Notes: generated by a model not told the origin, from the sequence alone. DNA of 56,513 nucleotides, filler included, from a bacterium (GCA_024278215.1; 3 parts of 3 records of this genome joined end to end with filler, not necessarily neighbours in it); one strand, 5' to 3'; shown: positions 45,363 through 56,056, numbered from the whole stretch's first letter. A program made the numbers and translations.

Positions 45363-47126
45363 AACCAGTCCTCGATGCCCATCGTAGCGGCGGTTGACGG
45401 AGCTGTAGCAGACTTCGACGGCGACTCGGACCTCGATATACTCATCGCCGTGGCCGACGGCTACAACACTTCTTATGACATGTTCCTCGACAACTCGCAG
45501 GTGCTCACAAACACTGTGCCTTCGTCGCCTTCCGGCCTTACTGACGCGGTCGACGGCAATTACACTATTCTTTCGTGGGATGCCGGGAGCGACACGGAAT
45601 CCGCCGCTTCCGCACTAAACTACGAGGTGAAAGTGCAGAACACTTCGGACGGTTCATGGATCATGCCGGAGACGCATATACCGGGCGGATATAACGTGTT
45701 CGGCGCGACGCGCACTATCATACTTCATCACACACCGCCTGTCTCTCACGACTGGTTTGTGCGTACAGTCGATACGGGCGGGCTGACTTCATCATGGGTA
45801 TCCGGAAGCAGCTTCACTCCCTCGGCGGACACGACCCCGCCTGTTTTCGGCGGCATCGAGTCGCTCTCTTACAGCCAGGTGACCGGCCTGACAGAGATGT
45901 CATGGACCGCCGCCACCGACGACTCGACTCCGATCTCATACAACTTATATGAATCAAGCACACCCGGCGCCCAGAATTTCTCAAATCCCGCTTTCTCCAC
46001 TTTCCAGACTTCCATCTCGCTTGCAGGACTCACCGATTATCAACAGTATTGCTATGTGGCGCGTGCGCAGGACAGCGCGAATCCCGCGAATGAAAGTACG
46101 AACACGACCGAACTGTGCGTTACGATCGACCCCGATTACACTGCGCCTGTGTTCGGCGGCGTCACCGGCGCGGTCACAGGCTCCGAACTCGGCACGGTCG
46201 ACCTCACATGGACAGCCGCCACCGACGACAACGGCCCTGTAACTTACAATATCTATTATGCCACTTCCTCCGCGGCTCAGGATTTCACGACACCCGGCAA
46301 TACTTCATCCGCCGACACGGGAACATCGGTCGGTGGACTGAACCCTGACTATACTTATTACTTTGTCGTGCGCGCACAGGACGCTACCGCCAACGAAAAT
46401 GAAGACGCAAACACGATCGAGTTGTCCGCCGATCCCGCGCCGGTGCCGCAGGTGCTGCTCGTAGACGCCGACAGCAGGTATTGGGAAAACAGGACCTACG
46501 AAAACTACCTTATCGACGCTCTGGACAACAACGGAATCACTTATTATCACTTCGACAAACGTGTCGGGGCGGACAGCATGAATTATGTCACTTCCGACCT
46601 GATCGACGCTTTCCTCGATCCCGCCAAAATCGTAATCTGGCTGGCCGCCAACAACAACAGTCTCTACGATATGATGGACGAAACAGAGGAAATGCCGCTC
46701 GTTATGGATTTCCTCGACAACGGCGGTCGCCTGATGATCACAGGTATGAATGTCGCCTATTATATGAACAACGGCTCCGCGGCGATATGGACCGGCGGCT
46801 ATTTCGGAATCTCCGGCCCCGTGAACTACACGTACGATACGACTATAAATGTTACCGGCGAAACTTCCGATCCCATAGGCGACGGCCTGTCGCTTTCGCT
46901 CCCGTATTACAGCGGCGACGGTGCCAGGGATCAGTACTACGCCTACGCACCCACCGTGACAACCGGCACCGTCTGTTTCACACACGAGAACTCGAGCGCC
47001 GCCGGCATAAGATATGACTCGGGCACCTACAAGACAGTGTTCCTCAGCTTCGGCTTCGAGGGTATCGACACACAGGCCGACCGGGACACGCTTATTCTAA
47101 ACATCTTTAACTGGCTCACGCAGTAG
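45363..47126 (+). CDS. Extracellular protein: FG-GAP remnant, three FN3-like domains, C-terminal alpha/beta domain (5' truncated)
   Basis: Frame open to the gap; ADFDGDSDLDI; repeated PVFGG...WTAATDD...YNxY...RAQD units; VLLVDAD...FLDNGGRL...FLSFGFEGI; acidic, Thr/Ser-rich. Confidence 0.75.
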   Translation, partial: NQSSMPIVAAVDGAVADFDGDSDLDILIAVADGYNTSYDMFLDNSQVLTNTVPSSPSGLTDAVDGNYTILSWDAGSDTESAASALNYEVKVQNTSDGSWIMPETHIPGGYNVFGATRTIILHHTPPVSHDWFVRTVDTGGLTSSWVSGSSFTPSADTTPPVFGGIESLSYSQVTGLTEMSWTAATDDSTPISYNLYESSTPGAQNFSNPAFSTFQTSISLAGLTDYQQYCYVARAQDSANPANESTNTTELCVTIDPDYTAPVFGGVTGAVTGSELGTVDLTWTAATDDNGPVTYNIYYATSSAAQDFTTPGNTSSADTGTSVGGLNPDYTYYFVVRAQDATANENEDANTIELSADPAPVPQVLLVDADSRYWENRTYENYLIDALDNNGITYYHFDKRVGADSMNYVTSDLIDAFLDPAKIVIWLAANNNSLYDMMDETEEMPLVMDFLDNGGRLMITGMNVAYYMNNGSAAIWTGGYFGISGPVNYTYDTTINVTGETSDPIGDGLSLSLPYYSGDGARDQYYAYAPTVTTGTVCFTHENSSAAGIRYDSGTYKTVFLSFGFEGIDTQADRDTLILNIFNWLTQ

Positions 47127-47196
47127 AACCCCTGGTCGTTTTCAGGGATACTAATAAAGCTGTTAACACATAATAGAAACAAGAGGTTATCCAGTT

Positions 47197-50100
47197 GTGA
47201 AAAGGCCCTTTAATTCAACAATTCCACTATTAGCAATTTCGCTGTTACTCATGATTCTCGCTCCCACATCGACAGCCTCGACCGTCGGCCTGGGCGCAGT
47301 AATCGGCATGTCCGGCGCGGGCGCGAAAGTCATCATCCAGGGCACCGACTACGAAAAAGATATTGCCGTCGGCGACAAGATCAACAGCGGTGACACCATC
47401 GTGACACCCGCCGGCTGCGTAATAAAGATACTTATGTCCGACGGCACCCAGATGGCTGTCAACGAAAATACTCGCGTAACCATAAACGGCAAAAACAACG
47501 AACCCGGCATCGGGGGTATCGATCTCGACGAAGGCGAACTATGGGGCGAGATGGCCGATCTCGGCGGCGAACTCGAAGTGGGCACACCCTCCGGCGTCGT
47601 CGCGGTGCGCGGCACGGAACTCGACATCAAAGCCGGCGGCTCGAAGACTACCGTCACGATGCTCCAGGGCGACGCGAACTTCTACAACAACTACGGCTCC
47701 GTCGCACTCGGCGCAGGCATGCAGAGTTCCGCTACCCCTTCCTCCGCGCCCACTCCCCCCACACAGGTCGATCCTCGCTTCTTCATCGAATGGACCGCCA
47801 ATGTCGAATCTGTCGGCACTTCCATCGAACTGCCGCTCGTCAGCCCAAACCGTTTCGTGCTCAACGACATGCTGCCCGGCTATGAAGAAAAATCGCTTGC
47901 CATAAAAGCTTCCGCCGCCGACCTCGCAACTCTGGCCGGTATCTACTATGACCTCGGCAACTACCAGGACGCCGAAGATTACTTCATTCTCGCGCTCGGA
48001 AAGGACGACAACAATGTCGACGCCGTTTTCGGACTCGGCATGACTCTTATAAAAACAGGCCGTTCGGACGACGCGGCCTCACTCTTCGCGAAGCACATCG
48101 GCAGCCCGGAAAACGGTTCCACCGAAAAATATCTCATCGGCCTCGGCATGGCCCATCTCAAGATGAACGACATGGACAACGCCGATACCGCTTTCGATAA
48201 ATCTATCTCGGAAAACGGCGACTCCTGCATCGCAAGAGTCGGCAAAGCTGTCGCGGCAATGAAACGCGCCGACATCAAAAACGCCGCCGAAAACCTTAAA
48301 TCCGCCATGGCCGCTTCCGACAACTGCTACCAGGCGAATCTGCTGCTTGCCGAACTCGACATTTCGCTCGGCAACATGAACGAAGCACTTAAACTCGCGC
48401 GCGACGCGGCGAAAAAACAGTCATTCTCTCCCGCCGCACACGCCACACTCGCGCGTGTCGAGTTCTTCCGCGAAAGCATGAAGAAAGCAAAGTCCGAGGC
48501 GCGCCGCGCCGTCGAACTCGATCCTTTCAACTCGAGCGCGCGCGACACACTCGCCATGATCGCCGTTGCCGAGGGACAACTCAAAACCGCGAAAAGCGAG
48601 GCACTTCGAGCCATTGCTCTCGACAAAAACAACGCTCACGCTCACGACGTGCTCGCGCAGGTCTACATGCTCAAACGCCGCCGCGCCGCCGCCATCCTTC
48701 ACTGGCAGCGCGCCATCGACGCCGAACCCAACTATGTGCCCGCTCGTCTCCATCTCGCTCAGATGTTCAATGTCATCCACAAACCCGAACAGGCCGCCGA
48801 AAACCTCAAACACGCCCTGAAAATCGAACCCGACAACGATGCGCTGCTCGCCGAACTCGGTCGCTCCAACGAACTCGAACACCGCTTCGACGACGCGGAA
48901 TCACTGTATAAGAAGGCCATCGAAAACAACCCGCAACGCCCCGCGACACACGCCAGGCTCGCATCCTTTTATCTCGACCGTTTCAAATTGCGACCGGCTC
49001 TGAACGAAGCCGACACGGCTATAAAAGTTAATCCCGCACACTACATAGGCTACTACGTCAAGGGCCTGATACACGACGAACTGGACAATACCGAAAGCGC
49101 TACCTTCAACTACAAGCAAGCTCTGCGCCTGAACCCGGACAACGCCGAAGCACGCTACCGGCTCGGCATAATACTGGGCGAGGACAAGAGCCGTTTCTTC
49201 GAGGCGCTCTCCGAGATGCGGCGCGCCGAACTCCTCGAACCGACCGTCATCGTGCGCGAAGAACTTCGCGACAACTCACGCTTCTCCACTGTTCATGGCG
49301 ACGACGCCTACCACGACTACACTATCGCCTCTACCGGCTATGCGGACAATCGCAATTTCATTTATAAAGTAAGGCTTTCAGACAAAAGAACTAATTACCA
49401 CATTGCACCAAAACTACACGAGTACGACCCGAACCTCAGTATGCTCGACCGGGGCGGCGCCCCCCCCAATGAATCGCTCGACCAGGCGGCCACCCTGCTC
49501 GTCAACTACCGTCCCGACTACTATTCAAGCGTGATCCTCAGCCTCGACTCCGGCCTCACTCGCAACAGCTACGCCTCACGCAGCGATTCTTCGTCGGACA
49601 CCTACGACACCACGAACTACAAAAATACCGGCTACCGTCGTACCGAACTAAACGGTCGCCGCATCATGGGCCCAAAATCCGCTCTAAACATGCACTTCGC
49701 GAAAACAGGCAGTTACGAATATTCCGACAAGTTCACTTTCGGGCAGGTGGAAACAACCGACACCGAAAACGACTATACGGAATATGAACTCATGTACGAG
49801 ACGAAATACTGCAAGGCGTGCAGGATGGACTTCGGCGCGACTCTCTGGAACTCGACAATTCAAGAGGACAAAAACAATGAAAAAACACTTGATTACAACA
49901 CCTGGTCGAAATCCTTCTCCTCCTCCGACCGTGCCGACTACAGGGAAACCATTCTTTACACAGACCATGAATTCCGGATCAATACATACCTGAAAGTTAA
50001 GCTGCGGGGCGAGCAGTCGGACCACGACGCCGCCGGCGCGCGTGACACCGGCCAGGTGACAATCGTATACAGGATAAACAAACCCGACGTCGGACTCTAC

Positions 50101-50736
50101 TACCGTGAGGGACAGCGCTGGTACATCAATGCCGCCGAAAGCCTGCGCCCCGCCGAATCATGGGCATACCTGGGCAGCTTCGAGGCAGGCGTCACCGGCC
50201 AGAGATCACTATTCAGGGAATTCTCCGCCGACGCTCAGATCACTCCCACAACCTACGCCAAAGCCGTTTACTACCAGAACAAACAGAAGCTGTACTCGCC
50301 GTCATCCGGCTTCAACACTGTATCCGCCAGGACAGACGAGGAAGGCTATAATGCCGTCGTCGAACAGCAACTCGGCAAAAACGGCAACCTGAATTTCAAT
50401 TACACACAACGCGATCTCATCGACCCGCTTAACCGCACAGTTGTCGCGAACAAGCCGCTTTACATCACCCGGGCCAGCCTGCACTATTTCTTCAATTCAA
50501 AATGGCACTCGCGACTTACGCATTACCAGGAAAGCTCACACTACGCCGACGCATCTCTCAGCAACCCGGTCGACGGCTACAATAAGTCCGACCTCATCCT
50601 TTACTTCGAGCCGGACATGAAGCAGCGCTATTTCCTTCATCTCGACAACATCCTCACGCAGGAAATTCCCGACTCGCTCACCGGCCTTAATAATGACGAT
50701 CTGACCGTTCGTCTCGGCGGCGACTACTGGTTCTGA
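47197..50736 (+). CDS. FecR-domain / TPR array / outer-membrane beta-barrel fusion protein
   Basis: Signal peptide; GDTIVT...DGT..AVNENT...TPSGVVAVRGTE (FecR); long TPR region; alternating beta-strand C-terminal region ending GGDYWF. Confidence 0.78.
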   Translation: MKRPFNSTIPLLAISLLLMILAPTSTASTVGLGAVIGMSGAGAKVIIQGTDYEKDIAVGDKINSGDTIVTPAGCVIKILMSDGTQMAVNENTRVTINGKNNEPGIGGIDLDEGELWGEMADLGGELEVGTPSGVVAVRGTELDIKAGGSKTTVTMLQGDANFYNNYGSVALGAGMQSSATPSSAPTPPTQVDPRFFIEWTANVESVGTSIELPLVSPNRFVLNDMLPGYEEKSLAIKASAADLATLAGIYYDLGNYQDAEDYFILALGKDDNNVDAVFGLGMTLIKTGRSDDAASLFAKHIGSPENGSTEKYLIGLGMAHLKMNDMDNADTAFDKSISENGDSCIARVGKAVAAMKRADIKNAAENLKSAMAASDNCYQANLLLAELDISLGNMNEALKLARDAAKKQSFSPAAHATLARVEFFRESMKKAKSEARRAVELDPFNSSARDTLAMIAVAEGQLKTAKSEALRAIALDKNNAHAHDVLAQVYMLKRRRAAAILHWQRAIDAEPNYVPARLHLAQMFNVIHKPEQAAENLKHALKIEPDNDALLAELGRSNELEHRFDDAESLYKKAIENNPQRPATHARLASFYLDRFKLRPALNEADTAIKVNPAHYIGYYVKGLIHDELDNTESATFNYKQALRLNPDNAEARYRLGIILGEDKSRFFEALSEMRRAELLEPTVIVREELRDNSRFSTVHGDDAYHDYTIASTGYADNRNFIYKVRLSDKRTNYHIAPKLHEYDPNLSMLDRGGAPPNESLDQAATLLVNYRPDYYSSVILSLDSGLTRNSYASRSDSSSDTYDTTNYKNTGYRRTELNGRRIMGPKSALNMHFAKTGSYEYSDKFTFGQVETTDTENDYTEYELMYETKYCKACRMDFGATLWNSTIQEDKNNEKTLDYNTWSKSFSSSDRADYRETILYTDHEFRINTYLKVKLRGEQSDHDAAGARDTGQVTIVYRINKPDVGLYYREGQRWYINAAESLRPAESWAYLGSFEAGVTGQRSLFREFSADAQITPTTYAKAVYYQNKQKLYSPSSGFNTVSARTDEEGYNAVVEQQLGKNGNLNFNYTQRDLIDPLNRTVVANKPLYITRASLHYFFNSKWHSRLTHYQESSHYADASLSNPVDGYNKSDLILYFEPDMKQRYFLHLDNILTQEIPDSLTGLNNDDLTVRLGGDYWF

Positions 50737-50839
50737 TTAGCCGTACCTACGACTGAAATGCTACGAAGGATGGTTCAGAAATGCTGATAATGAGGATGGT
50801 GGAAGCCGGCGCTTCCAGTTTCTACATGGCTGATCCTAA

Positions 50840-51014
50840 CCCGCATATTTCACCAATGCGGGCCAAAAATCGGGAGAATGCCTGTAATACAAGGCGCGGC
50901 AAGTGAGTGGTGAGGGAGCATGCTGCAGGTATGTGACCGATCCCGAATCGCCGCCGCAACGCAGTAGAATAGGCGTTCTCCCGATTTTCCGGATTTCTTT
51001 GTGAGAAATCCGGG
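50840..51014 (+). mobile_element. Family-B MITE, complete 175-bp copy with CTAA target duplication
   Basis: Ends CCCGCATATTTCAC / GTGAGAAATCCGGG (11 of 14 match), subterminal aaaatcgggagaa / ttctcccgatttt; CTAA at 50836-50839 and 51015-51018. Confidence 0.85.
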
Positions 51015-54000
51015 CTAATCCTGCTTCTTATTCTTCTCGACGCCATAGCCCATGATTACGAACGGCGCCCACAGATTCGGGTTATCGCCTATTTCGTCGC
51101 GGGTGGCGATCTGCGCCTTACGCATGGCTTCCACAGCGTTCATGCTCTGAAAATTTTCATAGAAATGCTGCATCATGAACGCCGTTGCAAGATCGTTGAC
51201 CGACCACATGCTGGCGATAACGGACGGAATGCCAGAGGAGAAGAACGAGCGGGTGAGTCCGAGGATACCCTCACCGGGCCTCAGCTTGCCGCGACCGGAT
51301 TCGCACGCGCTCATTATCACCAGTTCCGCGTCGAGATCAATGTTGGTGATTTCGCGCGCTTCGAGGTAGCCGTCGTCATCCTGATCCTTTATCTGGCTCA
51401 TTGCGATGCTCGAGAACATCGGGTTATGGTTGTTCATCAGTCCGTGGCTTGCCATGTGGATAATGCGGTAATCGCGGCCATGATATTTTATCTGTTCCTC
51501 CAGCGCGTTTTCGTGCAGATATACCTGTGCGCGATCACCGTAGATTTCCGCGATCTTTCCGACTTCGTTTTCTGTGCCCGGCAACTGCACGAGGTCCGGA
51601 CGCTCGAACTTGGGATTGCCGAAAGCGAGTACTTTGTTCTCATTTTTCAAACTTGCCTTCGCCTTGCGGGTCTCGACCATCACGCTGAGGGACGGAAGAT
51701 AATAAATTGCGAATCTATCTATCAAGTCCTTCTTCTTACTGTCTTTCAAGAGGTAGAACGGGAGTTCGTAGAGCCTGCCGTCGGGCAGCACGCCCATGAT
51801 GGTTTTGCCTTCGAAATCGCCTTCCAGCGGTTTCAGGATCATTTTATATAACTTCTTCGCAGCCCTCTCCTGCGAACTGCCCCAGACGCCTTTTTCGAGT
51901 GCCTCGCGAAGTTTTTTATCCACTGTAAAATTGATCTTTGTTGCGCTTACTCCAAGATCGTACATCCTGACCGCGTCTGTCGTCACCGTCCAGGCATAAG
52001 ATGTCGGTTCATCCAGCATATACACGACAATAACTTCGTCGTTTCGCAGAAAATCCTGTACGATCGCTGTGCTTACCGGCTTGTTTTCGCCGCGCGCGAA
52101 CGCGAGTCTGGGATGGTCGAGATAGAGTTTTTCCTTGAACAGATTCTGCTGCATACGAACCTGTTCGAGATTATCTTTCGCGGCGAGCGCCTCCTCGCTG
52201 TCGACACCGTGCGCGGCGAGCGCGGCGGCCATCTCGCGTGCAGCCTTCGCCAGCATGACTTTTAACTGTTTTTCTTTCTCCGTTTCTTCCGGCGTGAGGC
52301 CCTTGTCTATCTTTGCTTTGCCCTGCTGGATCATTTCGAGCAACGAGCGCGATTTCATTCTTTCGAGATAATCAAGCGCCTCGCCGAAGTCGCCGTGCTT
52401 GAAAAGCAGTATGATGAGTTCCTTGTAAACTTTAACTTTGTCGACGAGGAAGAAACTCTTCTCTTCTCCGCCGCCACCGATGTTCGCGCGCAGTTCCTCG
52501 ATCACATCGACAGCTTTCTTGAAAGCGTCTATCGCACCCCCGGCATCGCCCGTTTTGCTGAGAGTGCGCCCTATCCCGTAGAGCGCGTTCCAGAGCCGCT
52601 CCTTCGATAATATTTTCCTGGATATTTCCGCCGCTTTTCGATAGTATTCGAGCGCATCTTCATATTTTTCAAGGTCCACATACACGTCCGCCAGGTTGAC
52701 GAGTGTCCGCACATAATCGTCGTAAGAACCGAGCCCTTCCGCCTGATCGAGCACACCGAGCAGCATATCGAGCGCCTTCTGCGGTTCGCCCTTCATTTTA
52801 TAGACGAGCGCGATATTGTTGATGTCGACAAGTTCGTCGAGTTTCGCGCCCACCGCCCGGTCGATCTCGAGTGCCTGCTCGTGGCTCTCGAGCGCTTCGT
52901 CCAGGTTGCCCATCTCACGCTCGACCACGCCAATATTATTGAAAAGAAACGACTTCTGGTATCGAAGGTTGAACTGACGTGCCTTTTCGAGCGACTGGCG
53001 AAACTCCTCGAGCGCATACTCGAGCATCCCCTGCATCTTGAAAACCATCGCCAGGTTGTTGTTCACGGTGATTTCCACGTCGACCGCCGGTTTCGCCTTC
53101 AGCGCTTCACGGTAATAGAAACGCGCCTGTTTGTAGTTGCCCCGGAAGTAATACGCGCGGCCGAGTTCCGCGTAAGTGTTGCCGATCGAGGAATCGTTCA
53201 ACTCATCCTTCAGCTTTATCGACTCCTTATAACTTTCGATTGCCGCATCCACATCACCCTTGTGCATCAGGAGAATACCCTGCTGATGAAGGGTGGCGGC
53301 CATGCCTCTTTTGTCGCCGTTGTTTTCGGCGATTGTCTTCGCCCTGTCGACGGCTTCCTGCGCCTTGTCCAGGTCGGCCCTGTCCTGGTGGACGAGGCAG
53401 ATATTATTGAGAATGTTCACCTGTGCGGCAGTATCGTTGTTTTTCTCGGCGGCGACCAGCGCCTCCGTGTAGTTTTCAATTGCCGCGTCATACTCGCTGC
53501 GCGTTTTGTGCAGGTCCCCGAGATTTATCAGCAGCCTGATAGTGTTTGTCGCGTTCCCTTCAGCGCGCGCCCCTTCGAGCAACCTGTTGTATATCTTTTC
53601 GGCCTGTGCGTATTCGCCCATAGACGAGTAGGCGAGCGCCATGCTGTTGTCGATATATACGGACTTCGAATCGTCGCCGAGTTCGGCGTAATTATCTTTT
53701 GCGAGTTTGAAATGTTTGACCGCTTTAGCGAAATCGCCGGTTTCGATACACAGGTTGCCTATTTTAAGGTTGAGCATCGCCTGCTTATCGGTCATGCCCT
53801 TGAGAAGCCCGACGAGTTTTTCGAGATTGAGAACAGCCTGCTCTTTAGCGCCGGTCGCCCCGTATATTTTGTCGAGCAGCAACCTTGCGAAAATGACAGC
53901 CTTACCGTTGTTCTGCTCGGTGCCGAGTGCAGCGGCATTTTTCAGCGTTTCGACAGCAGCATCGAGGTCGCCGCTCTTAATTAGTTTCTTCCCCTGCGCG

Positions 54001-54155
54001 ACAAGTGCCATCGGGTTTGTTTCCGCCTGTGCCGCCGGCGCGCCGGTCTGAACCGTTGCGCTCGCCGGTGTGTTCTCTTCGGCATAAGGTACAGAATACA
54101 AAGATACTGCAAAGACCAGTAAAAACAGAGCTGCCGCTTTCAGTTTCATTGTCAT
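51015..54155 (-). CDS. Secreted TPR-repeat CHAT (caspase-like) protease
   Basis: Signal peptide MKLKAAALFLLVFAVSLY; many TPRs; KSRSLL, PDGRLYELPF, AFGNP, LPGTENE, IHMASHG (His), MSACESG (Cys), SMWSV, WAPF. Confidence 0.9.
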   Translation of the reverse strand: MTMKLKAAALFLLVFAVSLYSVPYAEENTPASATVQTGAPAAQAETNPMALVAQGKKLIKSGDLDAAVETLKNAAALGTEQNNGKAVIFARLLLDKIYGATGAKEQAVLNLEKLVGLLKGMTDKQAMLNLKIGNLCIETGDFAKAVKHFKLAKDNYAELGDDSKSVYIDNSMALAYSSMGEYAQAEKIYNRLLEGARAEGNATNTIRLLINLGDLHKTRSEYDAAIENYTEALVAAEKNNDTAAQVNILNNICLVHQDRADLDKAQEAVDRAKTIAENNGDKRGMAATLHQQGILLMHKGDVDAAIESYKESIKLKDELNDSSIGNTYAELGRAYYFRGNYKQARFYYREALKAKPAVDVEITVNNNLAMVFKMQGMLEYALEEFRQSLEKARQFNLRYQKSFLFNNIGVVEREMGNLDEALESHEQALEIDRAVGAKLDELVDINNIALVYKMKGEPQKALDMLLGVLDQAEGLGSYDDYVRTLVNLADVYVDLEKYEDALEYYRKAAEISRKILSKERLWNALYGIGRTLSKTGDAGGAIDAFKKAVDVIEELRANIGGGGEEKSFFLVDKVKVYKELIILLFKHGDFGEALDYLERMKSRSLLEMIQQGKAKIDKGLTPEETEKEKQLKVMLAKAAREMAAALAAHGVDSEEALAAKDNLEQVRMQQNLFKEKLYLDHPRLAFARGENKPVSTAIVQDFLRNDEVIVVYMLDEPTSYAWTVTTDAVRMYDLGVSATKINFTVDKKLREALEKGVWGSSQERAAKKLYKMILKPLEGDFEGKTIMGVLPDGRLYELPFYLLKDSKKKDLIDRFAIYYLPSLSVMVETRKAKASLKNENKVLAFGNPKFERPDLVQLPGTENEVGKIAEIYGDRAQVYLHENALEEQIKYHGRDYRIIHMASHGLMNNHNPMFSSIAMSQIKDQDDDGYLEAREITNIDLDAELVIMSACESGRGKLRPGEGILGLTRSFFSSGIPSVIASMWSVNDLATAFMMQHFYENFQSMNAVEAMRKAQIATRDEIGDNPNLWAPFVIMGYGVEKNKKQD

Positions 54156-54245
54156 CCCCCGCGTAACATGTGGTAGTTGTTTTTCGTGTAATTTAACTTT
54201 TTATAATTAACGATTACGATTATAGCACAAAAACCGGCGGCGGTG

Positions 54246-55829
54246 CTAAATATAGCCCATTCCCGTGAGGCGATCTATCGCAGCCTGTCTTTCCTGCTCT
54301 GTGACTTCGTGTGCGCAAGCATCCTCAGCACGGTCGCACGTAATAATTGCCGAAGGTTTTTTCAGCGATTTCGCTGCGGTGTTTCCTGTGAATATGGGAA
54401 GCCGCTGCCCGTCCATGGCAGGCGTTTTGTCGACACCACAATGCGCGAGCACAGTCGGCGCGATATCGACAATAGCCGGGGATGGCGTTATTTCGAAATC
54501 GCCGCGCACAGTTTTTCCAGCTCCGAAAAAGATCCCTTCACGCCTGTGAGCGCCCGTTATCTGATGCGATGTTCGATGCTGCGTATGTACAGGCGGCATT
54601 ATTTGCCGCACTTCTTCCGCGAATGCCGGTACGGAAATTATTTTGTGGTTGCACAGTGCAAGAATATCCGGCGAATTATGCGCATATTCAGCATCGCACA
54701 ACTCTTCACGTCTGTATATTTCCTCGAAAACCGTTTCACCCGTGACCGGGTTTCGTTCCTGTTTAAGTTGTCCGATGATACTGTCTGCAAGCATGTCGGC
54801 ACTTCCGGGCGGCACTACGCCCGTGAGTTCCCGTCCCCTGATATTCAGGTCGAGTCCTATGGCTGTACTCAGCGTTTCATGCACAGGATAGACAATTGTT
54901 CTATCCTGCTGAAGCAGCGGCAACAGCGTTTTGAGACCAGCCGAAACCGACCTGTCGACATACGCCTGCTCCCTGAGCGTTATCAATTTGTTGACCATCA
55001 GGAACCTGAACAGGTTATATCTCCAGGCCATCGGTCTCGAACCATGATCCGAAACAATGAAACATGTATCCCAGGCATTAAATTCGTTCAGCAGAAACAA
55101 GGTGATCCTGTCGGCGAGCATGTAGCATTCGGGAATGATGTTTTTCACCGCGTCAGGCGAGTCCGGATTGTGTGCCGGATGGTCGCGGTCATATTCGTGC
55201 CTGTAATAATGCTGCACGCGGTCGAGCATATCGAACATAATCACCAGTCCGTCGACAGGTCTGTTGCGCGCCAGTTCCGGTGCGGCGGAGGCGCGTCTCA
55301 AATCGGAATAAATAGTTTGTTTAATATACTCCGAAAGCAGCTCGAAACCATCGGGCAAAGGGATTTTAAGACTTGTATTTTCATAAATATCAGCATGAAA
55401 ATTGTCCGGGTAGGAAGTCCCCTCATCCGGCGATGGATACCCGGAAACCACAAACCCGTTGAACGCGCGCGTCGGATAGGAAAGCATGGGAATGTTCGCA
55501 ACGCCGCACCGGAAGCCCATGCTCCCGAGTATCTCCCAGAACGCGGGATATGGTATATCGTTCGAGAAAACCGGTTTCTGCTCATAATGCTCCGGCGGCA
55601 GATGAAAGCTGTATATTCCCGTTTTGCAGGGACTCACTCCGGTCGCGAAAGTCGTCCAGGCCGGTCCGGATTGATAGGGTGTTGTCGAATCGAGTTGACT
55701 GAAGAATCCTCTTTCGGCCAGCAGTGAAAAGGTGGGCAACAGCCCTTCTTCCATATACTGCTTCACCAGGAAGAAGTCGGCGCTGTCGAAGCCGATCACG
55801 AGAAGTTTTGTATCTTTCAGACTTTGCAT
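54246..55829 (-). CDS. AlkP-superfamily phosphodiesterase/nucleotide pyrophosphatase-like protein
   Basis: VIGFDSA, STTPYQSGPAWTTFATG, DRVQH, VSDHG, GAHRREG, DIAPTVL, RLTGMGYI. Confidence 0.88.
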   Translation of the reverse strand: MQSLKDTKLLVIGFDSADFFLVKQYMEEGLLPTFSLLAERGFFSQLDSTTPYQSGPAWTTFATGVSPCKTGIYSFHLPPEHYEQKPVFSNDIPYPAFWEILGSMGFRCGVANIPMLSYPTRAFNGFVVSGYPSPDEGTSYPDNFHADIYENTSLKIPLPDGFELLSEYIKQTIYSDLRRASAAPELARNRPVDGLVIMFDMLDRVQHYYRHEYDRDHPAHNPDSPDAVKNIIPECYMLADRITLFLLNEFNAWDTCFIVSDHGSRPMAWRYNLFRFLMVNKLITLREQAYVDRSVSAGLKTLLPLLQQDRTIVYPVHETLSTAIGLDLNIRGRELTGVVPPGSADMLADSIIGQLKQERNPVTGETVFEEIYRREELCDAEYAHNSPDILALCNHKIISVPAFAEEVRQIMPPVHTQHRTSHQITGAHRREGIFFGAGKTVRGDFEITPSPAIVDIAPTVLAHCGVDKTPAMDGQRLPIFTGNTAAKSLKKPSAIITCDRAEDACAHEVTEQERQAAIDRLTGMGYI

Positions 55830-56026
55830 AAAAAATTGGGTTCCTCAGCAGAATCTGTGGGCCGGTAATAAAGAACAACAACTTATTGTTGCAAAAACGC
55901 CCCGAATCGGCATAGACGAAACTAAAAAGGATTATATCCGAGGCGCACGTGTAATACCATGTAGAGTTTGTACAGGTGAATAACGGGGTGTCGCCAACAA
56001 CTCCGCTTGTGGGTGTCGACATTAAG

Positions 56027-56048
56027 CCGCATTGGTGAAACATGAGGG
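56027..56048 (-). repeat. Degenerate family-B end
   Basis: ccgcattggtgaaacatgaggg. Confidence 0.55.
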
Positions 56049-56056
56049 ATACCAGG

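Noticed and set aside
50822-51046. Small ORFs containing IGEICGL (also 13146-13409)
   Set aside because: Translations of the family-B element end, not genes.
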